From NCBI GenBank assembly GCA_964503085.1, contig CAZCYQ010000009.1:4825-68824 (forward strand): 64,000 nt of DNA, written 5' to 3'. The first letter of the stretch is position 1. Each line of letters opens with the position of its first letter. A program made the position numbers and the translations under genes. The notes under the pieces are model-generated. The model was not told where the DNA came from. It ran no database searches and saw only the letters and a list, made by a program, of their open reading frames with translations. This DNA is from an uncultured Rhodothermaceae bacterium (GTDB lineage: Bacteria; Bacteroidota; Rhodothermia; Rhodothermales; Bin80). Shown in pieces: positions 37,609 to 47,442 of the stretch.

Positions 37609-39149
37609 CTGATCGTTACTCGGACTTGGATCGCCGTCGCAAGGAAGCAACGCTGGGGGGTGGACAATCTCGGATCGACCGGCAGCACGACCGAGGAAAG
37701 CTGACTGCACGCGAACGGATCACCGTTCTCCTGGACGAGGACTCATTCGTAGAAATGGGCCAATTGGTCAGACACCAATTCACCGACTTTGGTCTCGCGG
37801 ATAATCGGCCTTATGGCGATGGCGTGGTGACCGGCTATGGTACGGTTCACGGCCGGTTGATTTACGTGTACGCTCAAGATTTTACCGTTTTTGGGGGATC
37901 GCTAGGTCGTGCACATGCTTCCAAAATTGTCCAGCTGCTTGATTTGGCGCTGCAGAATGGGGCCCCTGTAATTGGATTAAGTGACTCGGGAGGAGCACGG
38001 ATCCAGGAGGGCGTAGTCTCTCTAGGCGGTTATGCGGACATTTTTCTGAAGAACACCTTGCTTTCGGGGGTGGTACCGCAGATTTCTGCAATCATGGGAC
38101 CGTGCGCTGGTGGGGCTGTATACAGCCCGGCTATCACGGATCTCACTTTTATGGTGGAAGGTACCAGTTATATGTTCGTCACAGGCCCTGATGTCGTGCA
38201 TTCGGTTACACAAGAGGAAGTGACCGCAGAAGATCTCGGGGGCGCAGCAATGCATGCCGAGCGCAGCGGTGTAGTTCATGCGGCCTATCCTAATGATGTC
38301 GTTTGTCTGAAGGCTATCAGAACTGTACTGAGCTATTTACCTCAAAATTGTGAGGAACAGCCGGAAATCCATACTTCCTATCAGCCTCCCGCCGGCGGGG
38401 CGGGCGATCTGGATACGTTGATCCCTGAGAATCCCAACAAGCCGTACGACATGCACGATGTCATACATTTGTTGGTGGACAGGGAAACTTTTTTTCCGGT
38501 TCATGACCAGTTTGCGCGCAACCTGATATGTGGTTTCGCCCGCATAGGGGGACATGCAATTGGGATAGTCGCCAATCAACCTGCCCATCTAGCCGGAGTT
38601 CTTGATATTGACGCCTCTGTAAAAGGCGCCCGATTTGTTCGATTGTGTGATGCATTCAACGTGCCCCTAGTCACACTTGAGGATGTCCCCGGCTTTCTGC
38701 CCGGAACAGATCAGGAGTGGAATGGGATCATTCGACATGGAGCCAAATTACTGTACGCGTTCTGTGAGGCCACTGTCCCTAAACTCACAGTCATAACCCG
38801 GAAAGCTTACGGAGGCGCGTATGATGTTATGAGCTCCAAACATATCCGGGGGGATTTGAACTATGCATGGCCTAGTGCTGAGATTGCCGTTATGGGAGCT
38901 AAGGGAGCCGTCAGAATCCTGCATCGTGCAGCGCTGCAAAGTGCCGATAATGCAGATGCGCTGGAAGAAGAATTTTCCCGCGACTACAGAGCGCGTTTTG
39001 CCAATCCGTACGTTGCTGCAGAGCACGGCTATATCGATGAGGTCATTCATCCCCGGGAAACGCGAGATCGTATCATTACGGGTCTCCAGGTGCTCAGGAA
39101 CAAGGTGCTGAACAATCCACGCAAAAAACACGGCAATATCCCCCTCTGA
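37605..39149 (+). CDS. Acyl-CoA carboxylase carboxyltransferase beta subunit (propionyl-CoA carboxylase beta / methylmalonyl-CoA carboxyltransferase family)
   Basis: 514 aa, with '[10 protein letters not shown]', '[13 protein letters not shown]' and '[16 protein letters not shown]'. The start forms an ATGA overlap with the preceding stop. Confidence 0.9.
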   Translation: MTDRYSDLDRRRKEATLGGGQSRIDRQHDRGKLTARERITVLLDEDSFVEMGQLVRHQFTDFGLADNRPYGDGVVTGYGTVHGRLIYVYAQDFTVFGGSLGRAHASKIVQLLDLALQNGAPVIGLSDSGGARIQEGVVSLGGYADIFLKNTLLSGVVPQISAIMGPCAGGAVYSPAITDLTFMVEGTSYMFVTGPDVVHSVTQEEVTAEDLGGAAMHAERSGVVHAAYPNDVVCLKAIRTVLSYLPQNCEEQPEIHTSYQPPAGGAGDLDTLIPENPNKPYDMHDVIHLLVDRETFFPVHDQFARNLICGFARIGGHAIGIVANQPAHLAGVLDIDASVKGARFVRLCDAFNVPLVTLEDVPGFLPGTDQEWNGIIRHGAKLLYAFCEATVPKLTVITRKAYGGAYDVMSSKHIRGDLNYAWPSAEIAVMGAKGAVRILHRAALQSADNADALEEEFSRDYRARFANPYVAAEHGYIDEVIHPRETRDRIITGLQVLRNKVLNNPRKKHGNIPL

Positions 39150-39158
39150 TTAAGAATT

Positions 39159-39190
39159 GCCAGTTTTCGTCTACAGACGGGCCTTTTTTC
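39159..39190 (+). terminator. Weak candidate terminator after the carboxyltransferase gene
   Basis: A short imperfect hairpin (gcc..cgtc-taca-gacg-ggc) followed by cttttttc. The stem is weak. Confidence 0.3.
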
Positions 39191-39351
39191 AAGGATTACA
39201 GCCGAAACGGAACCGATGTGTTTTTTGTACATTAAGAGGTTATCTTGCCTAATGCCCTGTTAATTAGGCAGCTAAGGGCAAATATGTAAGAGGAAACTTT
39301 AAGTAAGGCAAGAGAGTTTTTCGTAAAGGTAGTTGACTTTTTGACGACGAG

Positions 39352-42108
39352 ATGATGAAAAAGCTACTTTTTACCCTGCTCATTGCAGCAACAGCGTCGG
39401 TCGAGATAAGCAAAGCGCAGGAGGTCATGCCTCCCGAACCGGCTCCAGTGGAGGAATTGCGGGGATATGACTGGCATTTCCTTTCCAAGAAACTAGGGAA
39501 TCCGTGGTCCTCGCTTACAGATACTCAGATCATGTATCGCGTCAGTCGGGCGTACCTGCTCCAGTCACGTATTATTCAGGCGCAGGCAGTGGGAGATACG
39601 CGTTCCCTGGAGCACTATATGGACCAGGCAATGGATGAGCTTGTGGTGTTGTCTGATCAGCCGGGTTTTGTGAGTCAGCCCCAATTCCGGGAGCTTTACA
39701 GAACGATCGTGCATGAACATGAAGAATACTTTGGTGCAGATCTGGACGAATTCCCAGAATACAGGTCCATCCTTGCGCGCCGAAGTACCATGTTTGGTTC
39801 ACAGGCTCAAAGGGAAATCACAAAAGATGAGATCTCAATATTATCCGAAGTAACACCTACTGCCACAACAGAGTACACTGCACGAATCCAGGCCGTAAGC
39901 CGTGCAGGTACGACGCAAGAACCAATTAATCCGCGAGGATACGACCGATATGCCCTATCTCAGGACTGCGGGAACCCACGGAGTTCGCTGACTGAGGACC
40001 AAATTACGTGTCGCGTCAGTCGTGCATACAGGCTACAAGCCCGTTCTATCCGGGCGCAGGCAGACGGGGATCTGTATTCTGCCGAACGCTACATGAATCA
40101 GGTTATGGATGAGCTTGTGGTGCTGTCTAAACAGTCCGATTTCGTGAGTCAGACCCAATTCCGGGAACTCTATAGAACGATCGTTTATGAGCACGAGACA
40201 GGCCCCGATACACGTATGAATGAGCCACAGGAGTATGGGGAGATCTATGCTTTCCGGGATGCCATGTTTGGGGCACAGTCCCGGATAGTAGCCCCCATGG
40301 CTACGGCAACAAGCCTGCCCAGAGTAAAGCCTGTGGCCACGACAATACCGATGACACAGAACAAACTCGTGGAGGATAGAATCGCTTGGTGGCTGGAGGA
40401 GGACCGGCGAGATGTTGTCATCCGGTGGTTGGGTCGTGCAGACGCTTACTTCCCGATGATTGAGCAAATCTTCGCGGAAGAAGGCGTGCCGGACGAGCTC
40501 AAGTATCTTGCAGGGGTTGAGAGCGGGTTGAGGACGCGTATTCAAAGCCCTGCTAAGGCTGTCGGAATGTGGCAGTTCATTGCCAGCACGGGGCGTGCTA
40601 TGGGCTTGCGTATTGATGAATACGTCGACGAGCGTATGGACCCTGTTAAGGCTACTCGCGCAGCGGCTCGCCACTTGAAACAACTCTATGGGTATTATGG
40701 AGGAGACTGGCAGGTGGCACTTTCCGGATATAATTGCAGCCCCAAATGTGTACTAAAGGCTATTTCGCGAGCGGGTGGTAAGCGCAAAAATCCGCCGTCA
40801 TACTGGCAGATTCGGAGGCATCTGCCTCCAGAGACACAAAAATATATACCGAAGTTTATTTCGCTCGCGCTGATTATGTCCAATCCCGCAAAATTCGGGC
40901 TGCCTGCAGTTTCGAATGGACCAGAGTTCACCTATGATGAGGTTACGGTTAGCGGGATGTTGAAACTGGAAACGATCGCGCGTATGGTAGGCACAACAAC
41001 TAGGCACATCCAGGAATTGAATCCAGAGCTTCGGCGCGGAATATTGCCTCCAGACCGCACTCCATACACGCTGCGAATTCCGGCCAATACATTTGCAAAA
41101 TTTGCGGATGCCTTTGAGCAACTCCCCGATGAGGAGAAGGCAATGCCCGGGGAGCATCGCGTTCGCAGGGGAGAAAACCTGGGCAGGATCGCCAGACGAT
41201 ATGGTGTGACTGTTCGAGCGATCCAGAATGCTAACGGGCTTGGAAATCGTACGCGGATTCATCCAAATGACCGGCTGGTTATTCCGGGGATGTCAGGCCG
41301 CGGTGTGGCTAAACTTGAGGGTACTAGTGCAAGACTGGTGGCATGGGGCAAGCGGGCCACCAGGCCAATTGCGTTTGATAGTAAAATGGCCGAAGCAGCG
41401 CGCCGGACGCCCGTCAAACTTGCAAGCAATACCAGAACCCGTCCTGCGGAAAACAACTCCTCGTCGAACCAAACGACCCAGAATTCTGGCTCTCCAGGGA
41501 GTACACAGTCAAGCATAATACATACCGTGCGCCGGGGAGATACGCTGTCGGAACTAGCCACTGAATTCGGAACCACGGTAAGCGCCATCCAACAGGCCAA
41601 TGGACTTCGTGGAACGAGGATCAGTCGTGGCCAGCGGCTGAAGATTCCCAGCGGACGTATTACACACACCGTTAGGCGGGGCGAAAACCTGGGAATTCTT
41701 GCTAAGCGCTACGGTACGACTGTGCAAAATATCAGGAGTGTCAACAATTTGCGTTCCAATACCATTTATCCTGGGCAAAAGCTCTTGATCGGAGGAACCA
41801 GTGCATATGCTACTACACATACCGTCAGGCGAGGCGAGAACCTTGGACTGATTGCCAGGCGTTACGGCACATCCGTACGGCAGATCATGAATGCCAATAA
41901 CTTGCGTTCCAGTCGGATCTATCCAGGGCAAAAGCTTACGATTGGGGGCGGGGACGCTAATGCACGCATCGTGCACACCGTTAAAAGAGGAGAGAACCTG
42001 ACAAGGATTGCGCAGCGTTACGGTACAACTGTGCGAAGCATTCGGAATATCAACAATTTGCGCTCCAGCCGGATTTATCCTGGGCAGAGACTTTCGATTA
42101 ATCCATGA
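39352..42108 (+). CDS. Membrane-bound lytic murein transglycosylase D-like protein (duplicated N-terminal module, SLT domain, about five LysM repeats)
   Basis: 918 aa with a signal peptide. The SLT catalytic region is 'GVESGLRTRIQSPAKAVGMWQF'. Five tandem 'H(T/R)V(R/K)RGE(N/T)L..IA.RYG(T/V)(T/S)V..I...N.L.....I.PGQ.L.I' LysM units follow. Confidence 0.85.
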   Translation: MMKKLLFTLLIAATASVEISKAQEVMPPEPAPVEELRGYDWHFLSKKLGNPWSSLTDTQIMYRVSRAYLLQSRIIQAQAVGDTRSLEHYMDQAMDELVVLSDQPGFVSQPQFRELYRTIVHEHEEYFGADLDEFPEYRSILARRSTMFGSQAQREITKDEISILSEVTPTATTEYTARIQAVSRAGTTQEPINPRGYDRYALSQDCGNPRSSLTEDQITCRVSRAYRLQARSIRAQADGDLYSAERYMNQVMDELVVLSKQSDFVSQTQFRELYRTIVYEHETGPDTRMNEPQEYGEIYAFRDAMFGAQSRIVAPMATATSLPRVKPVATTIPMTQNKLVEDRIAWWLEEDRRDVVIRWLGRADAYFPMIEQIFAEEGVPDELKYLAGVESGLRTRIQSPAKAVGMWQFIASTGRAMGLRIDEYVDERMDPVKATRAAARHLKQLYGYYGGDWQVALSGYNCSPKCVLKAISRAGGKRKNPPSYWQIRRHLPPETQKYIPKFISLALIMSNPAKFGLPAVSNGPEFTYDEVTVSGMLKLETIARMVGTTTRHIQELNPELRRGILPPDRTPYTLRIPANTFAKFADAFEQLPDEEKAMPGEHRVRRGENLGRIARRYGVTVRAIQNANGLGNRTRIHPNDRLVIPGMSGRGVAKLEGTSARLVAWGKRATRPIAFDSKMAEAARRTPVKLASNTRTRPAENNSSSNQTTQNSGSPGSTQSSIIHTVRRGDTLSELATEFGTTVSAIQQANGLRGTRISRGQRLKIPSGRITHTVRRGENLGILAKRYGTTVQNIRSVNNLRSNTIYPGQKLLIGGTSAYATTHTVRRGENLGLIARRYGTSVRQIMNANNLRSSRIYPGQKLTIGGGDANARIVHTVKRGENLTRIAQRYGTTVRSIRNINNLRSSRIYPGQRLSINP
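39460..40197 (+). repeat. Internal 474-nt (158-aa) period duplication within the MltD-like N-terminal region
   Basis: aa 37-124 ('RGYDWHFLSKKLGNPWSSLT...FRELYRTIVHEHE') aligns without gaps to aa 195-282 ('RGYDRYALSQDCGNPRSSLT...FRELYRTIVYEHE'). By hand count 61 of 88 positions are identical. Confidence 0.85.
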
Positions 42109-42122
42109 GTCTATGTGGCCGA

Positions 42123-45104
42123 TCAGGGTTGCTGGCGTAACAATTTTGGTTCCAAGAGAGCAAGCGCTTCTCGATTCTGACCATGTACAGATGGTTCATT
42201 GCACCAAAGCCATCGTAGTGTGGCTACGGTTTCGGGAATATTGTTACCCGTCAGATCAAACATCTTGAGCACCGCGTAGTCTATCTTCTCGCGTACTTCG
42301 TCTGCATGAGACTGGCAAGCCGGGAGTAAGCTCTGTGTGGAGAATTCATCAAATGCAGTAGCAGCTTGCTCTAGTCGAGTTTTCGGTATCTGATCTAGTC
42401 TTGGGCAGGGAATATCTGCTAATGCTTTGACCTGTGTTCTGGATCGTCCGCTGTGCGTCCGTTGGCCCTGTGTCCAGTGAACCAGGAAACCCAATGTAGA
42501 ATTGGCCCACAACGCAAAAGCCTTGAGTACATGTTGGTCATCGTGCTGCAGTGAAGTCCAGGTTGACCCGCCCATGCCCGGATACGTTGTTACTGCAGAC
42601 AATAAGGCTTGAGAGGTCCAGCGCATGTTTCGTGCATAGAACAGCGTACTGCGAAATTGCCGCATTGCCTCCCGTTTCGCATCCGATCCAACCCCGGCCG
42701 GAGACATCCCCTTGTGCGTAGGCGATACGATCAAATATTTCTGTGTGTGGCTATCGGCCTTCCAGAGCGCGCGGTCTGGGCCGATCGCGTCTATCGGACT
42801 GACGACAGGAACGAACTCGAAAGCCCCACGCGGGTCCCTGCCTGACAGGTGTCCTATCATGTCGTGTGTGGGTCCAACTTTGAATAGATCTCCGATTATG
42901 GACATCGGCACGCCGATTGATGCAACATGCTCGTCAAAGCGAATGACCCCGTCCAGGAGTGCATTGGCAGTCAGCGCAAGGCTGGCATGCAAAACCCCCA
43001 AAGGGTTCCAGGGAGCTCCGGCTGCCTTGGTTGTAAAGGCGCATACTTGTCCTGCCTCATCATCACCCACCCTGATAGAATAAGTCGTCGAAGAAGCTTT
43101 GATTTGCTTGAGTGCCGATTGAATTGAGCGAGCAATTACGCCGGCTTCCCCGGTACGTAGAACAGGTTGACGCAGCGTTACACAGTACACGTTCGCGACC
43201 GAAAGTTCTCCTTTGTGACCATGCGTGCTCCGTTTAGTACCTACAAAAAGCATTTCTTTCATGCCTGTGTCAGCAGAAAGCGACTGTTTTCCCGAAGCCC
43301 GACGATCTGCCACAGTTATGGCTATGATATCTTCAAACTCATGCTCAATCATGCGTCGCGTAACGGCCCATGATTCCGCAAAGGCCGCAGACAACGGCAG
43401 CACAAAACCAACCCGTCCCCCCGGTTTGCATTTCTGGCGGGCCAAGGCAAGAAAAGATGCGGCTAATCCTGCCCGATTATTCACTGCCTCTTTCTTCACT
43501 AGGCTCTTCCAGCGCTTCTGGCAGGCCTTTCGTTCAGTCTTCGACAGACCTCCAATATCGAAAACACTTAAACCTCCTCGGGTCCGGGAATAGGGTGGAT
43601 TCATGAGAATCCAGTCGATTGAAGCATCCTGGACGTAAACAGCATTTTTAGCGCCGTTGTCCGCGAATTTCCCCGCCCGCGCGCTGAACAGATCAACCAC
43701 GCGCTGCGTCGCAAAATATTCCAGGGATCCTGTTTGTCCTTTTTCTCCTCCGATGCTAACCCATCCGATCTGCGTATTTCCATATGGATCGCCATATCCC
43801 AACGCAGCCAGCGAGGACATTGTCAGGTGGGCAGCAATAGGGTTCACATCTGTCCCGATAATACCGCCCTCCATAGCCTCCATATGTAGTCTGCGAAGGC
43901 TTTCCAAGTTGCCTCCGGCATACTCGTGAAGTGCTGACACACGCTGGTAACCCGCACGAAGCAGTGTGCCGGTTCCACAGGACAAATCGCTCAGATAGTG
44001 CTTTCCGAAAAGGTCTGCATCCGCCCATTCCTCTTTGTTGAGCAGCGACTGGTCAATAGTTAGATCAGCCAATAGCTCGGCTGTGGCTGGTTGTGTATAA
44101 AAGGCAGCCGCCTCTTTCCGGTCCTCACTCAGCTTTGGGAATAGCTCAGCACCAATATTGATATGCAGTCCTAATCGTGCCGTCTCAATCTCCTGAGTAG
44201 CTTTGATCAGCTTCGCAAGCACTTGTGGGGTTTCTTCAGGATTGAATTTTCCGGCCAGCTGGAGTGCTTCAATCGCAGGCTTAAAGACAGAATTCTGGCA
44301 GTGTTTGTTGATGATGTGCCATGCCTCTGCCTGTTCAATCACGTCCAGAGAGGATGTACTGGTGGAGCTAATGAGCGGGACTTCTTCTATACCCTGCCTA
44401 GCGAGTCTCTGCTGCGTTGACAGCGCATTCAACCACAATAATGTTACCGTACGAAGCCCTCCCAGCGGTGAGTGTTGGTACAGATGCCACGCAATCTCTT
44501 GCTGCTCTTCGGGCGATAGTGCTGCCTCCAGTCCATCAGCTGCGTCTTCCACGAGTTGAGCAACACGTTCTCCAACGGCATCTATTTCTTCTTGAGGTAA
44601 TCTTACCCGAGACAAGAATGACGAGAGGTCAAATACATTGCCCTTGATAAATCCGTTTTGAGGCCATCGGCGCCGTTCCACACGGTGAGCATGGGTTCCT
44701 CGGGTGCCTTCCAGGAGTTGATGGACTGCGTACATGATCGGAGCTCCTTCCCAAAGGATGTCCGTGATATTGGGAACGCGATCTTTTTGAAATCTTTTCG
44801 GGATACACAGGGCTATGGTAGTAACGATTCGGGTTCGGTCCGTTCGCGTCTCTAGTCCGAGTCGTGCAACTGCATTCCGATCCGCATCCCGTGCACTGAA
44901 TGAGCATTCGATGATGATTGGTGGAAAAATATCATCATCAATTAGAATGTCGGAGCTTAATTCTGAAGTTTTGCTTGTGTGTAGCAGATTGGGTTCATCT
45001 ACTCTTACACATTCAGGTTTTGCAGACCAGGTTACGCTCGAGCGCCGCAGCACCTGACCAAGCGCCCGCATAAACATTTTTTCAGCGGTTCGCCTACCTA
45101 CCAT
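42123..45104 (-). CDS. Large gamma-class N6-adenine methyltransferase-domain protein (candidate type IIG-like restriction-modification enzyme or orphan methyltransferase)
   Basis: 993 aa. Motif X-like 'AFYTQPATAELLADL' (aa 334-348), motif I 'DLSCGTGTLL' (373-382), 'IIGTDVNPIAAHL' (415-427), motif IV 'NPPY' (502-505) and 'GRVGFVLPLSAAF'. About 330 aa at the N-terminus and about 430 aa at the C-terminus have no motif I can assign. Confidence 0.7.
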   Translation of the reverse strand: MVGRRTAEKMFMRALGQVLRRSSVTWSAKPECVRVDEPNLLHTSKTSELSSDILIDDDIFPPIIIECSFSARDADRNAVARLGLETRTDRTRIVTTIALCIPKRFQKDRVPNITDILWEGAPIMYAVHQLLEGTRGTHAHRVERRRWPQNGFIKGNVFDLSSFLSRVRLPQEEIDAVGERVAQLVEDAADGLEAALSPEEQQEIAWHLYQHSPLGGLRTVTLLWLNALSTQQRLARQGIEEVPLISSTSTSSLDVIEQAEAWHIINKHCQNSVFKPAIEALQLAGKFNPEETPQVLAKLIKATQEIETARLGLHINIGAELFPKLSEDRKEAAAFYTQPATAELLADLTIDQSLLNKEEWADADLFGKHYLSDLSCGTGTLLRAGYQRVSALHEYAGGNLESLRRLHMEAMEGGIIGTDVNPIAAHLTMSSLAALGYGDPYGNTQIGWVSIGGEKGQTGSLEYFATQRVVDLFSARAGKFADNGAKNAVYVQDASIDWILMNPPYSRTRGGLSVFDIGGLSKTERKACQKRWKSLVKKEAVNNRAGLAASFLALARQKCKPGGRVGFVLPLSAAFAESWAVTRRMIEHEFEDIIAITVADRRASGKQSLSADTGMKEMLFVGTKRSTHGHKGELSVANVYCVTLRQPVLRTGEAGVIARSIQSALKQIKASSTTYSIRVGDDEAGQVCAFTTKAAGAPWNPLGVLHASLALTANALLDGVIRFDEHVASIGVPMSIIGDLFKVGPTHDMIGHLSGRDPRGAFEFVPVVSPIDAIGPDRALWKADSHTQKYLIVSPTHKGMSPAGVGSDAKREAMRQFRSTLFYARNMRWTSQALLSAVTTYPGMGGSTWTSLQHDDQHVLKAFALWANSTLGFLVHWTQGQRTHSGRSRTQVKALADIPCPRLDQIPKTRLEQAATAFDEFSTQSLLPACQSHADEVREKIDYAVLKMFDLTGNNIPETVATLRWLWCNEPSVHGQNREALALLEPKLLRQQP

Positions 45105-45365
45105 TACACAACCTGTTGGCTAAATTTTATGCTATTACCATAAAGTAAGCAGATGAAACTACCGAAGTTATAAGGACTAGCCAAGATATACAACGGAGCT
45201 GCCCCAACTCAATTACATAGAAGCCAACGCTACGTTACGGGTCGGATTGGGAGTTTGAGGCTTTGACGTGGTATCAAAAATGAATCCCGCGTCTGATCAT
45301 CCCGCAGTGATCAAGGAGCATCAATCGTAAATAAAGAGCACAGTACAGGATTGTCCGATCAAGCA

Positions 45366-46637
45366 CTAGCCGTAGCCATATAGCAGACCAAGGAAAACCA
45401 GGAATCCTAAGAATAGGCCGATTCCACCGGACAGCGTTAGCCGCTTGGAGCGCAGCGTCCACAATAGTGGCAGGGTCAGCACTACAGACGCCAAGATAGA
45501 AATAATGGCTGGTCCCGATGCCACGTCCGGTAGGGGCGTAATGAAGCCGCAAATAGCCATAATCAGGAATACATCAAATACGTTCGACTGAAAAATGTGA
45601 CCGACCAATAATTCATGCCGACCACGCCGGACAACATTCAGAGCTACAGCAATGTCGGGAAGGGACGTACCAATTGCCAGTGCACTGGCAGCGAGAATCC
45701 CTGAATCTACCCCCAAGTCCCTCTCAAGTGCCTGTAGTGCATGCACTACGATTACTCCACTGAAATAAAGAACCACGATGCTGAAGACCAACAGAATACC
45801 TGCAACCCATGTTCGCAGCAAAGCCGAACGGGCTGTTGGACTATCTGAAGAAGCTGATCTGAATCGGCCCCATGAAAAATTACGCGAGGCCTGAAGGATA
45901 AACAGCAGTCCCAACCCACCGATGAAGCAGAAGCGAGCAACATCTCCTGCATCCCTTGACATCTCCAGTAGCTTCGACCAAATGGGAGGAAGAAAAACCA
46001 AAACAAATACCAGAAAGGAAAGGCCAACTTTCAGCCATGCTTCTCTGCCCCAACTGCTTGAAGAAAAGGATCGTCCGTCATGCTGCTGCACAACAGACTC
46101 CGTACTGCTGATACGCTGACGGCGGCTGCGATCGATCTCCGTAACCATGAAGGCTACATAGAAGCCAAAGAACAACACGGCATCCGCACGGCCGAAAACA
46201 TTATCTAGACAAACGGCCCAAGCCAGGATCACAGATGCGGCAGCAAAAAAAACAGGAAAAGTGTTTTTTGTGTCGAAATTCAGGTAACCATTAGACAACG
46301 CCTGCGTCTTGGTGAACAAATAAAACCTGTTTCCCGTCTGGACAAAAAAGTAGAGTGCAAGCACGCCCAACCCAAAACCTGCACCCAGGTTGGCAATTAT
46401 CGTCCCGAAGATGGTTGGGGTTACCAGGGTCGGAGTACCCAAGTTTACGGCAGCAACCGAGGTGAACAGCTCTGGAAGAGAGGTGCCGATCCCAACCAGA
46501 AAACTGCCAATGAAGTAATCCCTTAACCGGAGTCTTTTTCCAATCCGACTGGCCTGATCTACCAGTAAGTCACTCGACCGTACAATGGCATAGATCGATA
46601 TGACCAGCAATAAAATATCAATTACCACGGGAGGCAT
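45366..46637 (-). CDS. CaCA-family sodium/calcium exchanger membrane protein
   Basis: 423 aa, polytopic, with two alpha-repeat signatures, 'GIGTSLPELFTS' and 'AIGTSLPDIAVAL'. Confidence 0.85.
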   Translation of the reverse strand: MPPVVIDILLLVISIYAIVRSSDLLVDQASRIGKRLRLRDYFIGSFLVGIGTSLPELFTSVAAVNLGTPTLVTPTIFGTIIANLGAGFGLGVLALYFFVQTGNRFYLFTKTQALSNGYLNFDTKNTFPVFFAAASVILAWAVCLDNVFGRADAVLFFGFYVAFMVTEIDRSRRQRISSTESVVQQHDGRSFSSSSWGREAWLKVGLSFLVFVLVFLPPIWSKLLEMSRDAGDVARFCFIGGLGLLFILQASRNFSWGRFRSASSDSPTARSALLRTWVAGILLVFSIVVLYFSGVIVVHALQALERDLGVDSGILAASALAIGTSLPDIAVALNVVRRGRHELLVGHIFQSNVFDVFLIMAICGFITPLPDVASGPAIISILASVVLTLPLLWTLRSKRLTLSGGIGLFLGFLVFLGLLYGYG

Positions 46638-46682
46638 CCTATGGTACTGGTAAGAAGGTTGTCAGGAAGGAGGGAAAAGTGT

Positions 46683-47438
46683 CTATTTTGAAAAGACCCC
46701 CTTCATGTAAGCCCGCCGCATGCTTGCAATCCCAGACACGGAAATCCCCTTTGGGCACACCGCCTCACATTCGGCATAGTTGGAACAGTCCCCGAACCCC
46801 TCTGCTTCCATCTGATCTACCATGGCCACAACACGTCGTGAAGCTTCCACCTGTCCTTGCGGAAGTAGCGCCAGATGTGCAATTTTTGCTGCTGTAAAGA
46901 GAGAGGCGCTGCCATTAGGGCATGCCGCCACGCACGCTCCGCAACCAATACAGGTCGCGAAATCCATGGCTTCCTCTGCAGCATCCTTAGAGATTGGAAT
47001 GGAGTTGGCATCAGGTGCGGATCCGGTTTTCACAGAAACGTACCCATGGGCAGTAATGATACGATCAAATGCGCTCCGATCAACGACAAGATCCCGAACG
47101 ATTGGAAATGCACGCGCACGGAATGGCTCCACCGTAATCGTATCCCCGTCCTTGAAACTTCGCATATGCAACTGGCAGACCGCAGTACGTTGTTGGGGAC
47201 CGTGAGCAATACCCGCAACCATTAGCCCACACGATCCGCAGATCCCTTCACGACAATCACTGTCGAACTCCACGGGATCATCCTCACTGGCAATAAGCTG
47301 CTCGTTGAGCACATCAAGCAACTCCAGAAAGGACATGTGCTCGCTCGCATTACTGACTGTATAGTCAACCAGCTTACCTGGGGCTTCGGGGCTTTTTTGC
47401 CTCCAGATACGCAGGTTTATGGTCATGTTTTTTGCCAT
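46683..47438 (-). CDS. sdhB: Succinate dehydrogenase/fumarate reductase iron-sulfur subunit
   Basis: Cys clusters '[10 protein letters not shown]', '[12 protein letters not shown]' and '[12 protein letters not shown]'. I prefer the ATG at 47438 (MAKNMTINL...), 4 nt after the sdhA stop, over the track start at 47474. Confidence 0.92.
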   Translation of the reverse strand: MAKNMTINLRIWRQKSPEAPGKLVDYTVSNASEHMSFLELLDVLNEQLIASEDDPVEFDSDCREGICGSCGLMVAGIAHGPQQRTAVCQLHMRSFKDGDTITVEPFRARAFPIVRDLVVDRSAFDRIITAHGYVSVKTGSAPDANSIPISKDAAEEAMDFATCIGCGACVAACPNGSASLFTAAKIAHLALLPQGQVEASRRVVAMVDQMEAEGFGDCSNYAECEAVCPKGISVSGIASMRRAYMKGVFSK

Positions 47439-47442
47439 AGCA

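Noticed and set aside
39228-39300. Mutually exclusive hairpins upstream of the mltD-like gene (tgcctaat-N9-attaggca versus gccct...agggc) as a possible riboswitch or attenuator.
   Set aside because: The stems are short and AT-rich, there is no recognisable conserved core, and nothing ties them to a ligand or leader peptide.
45274-45552. A 92-aa minus-strand ORF spanning the CaCA gene 3' end and the methyltransferase upstream region.
   Set aside because: It overlaps the well-supported CaCA reading frame in another frame and has no features.
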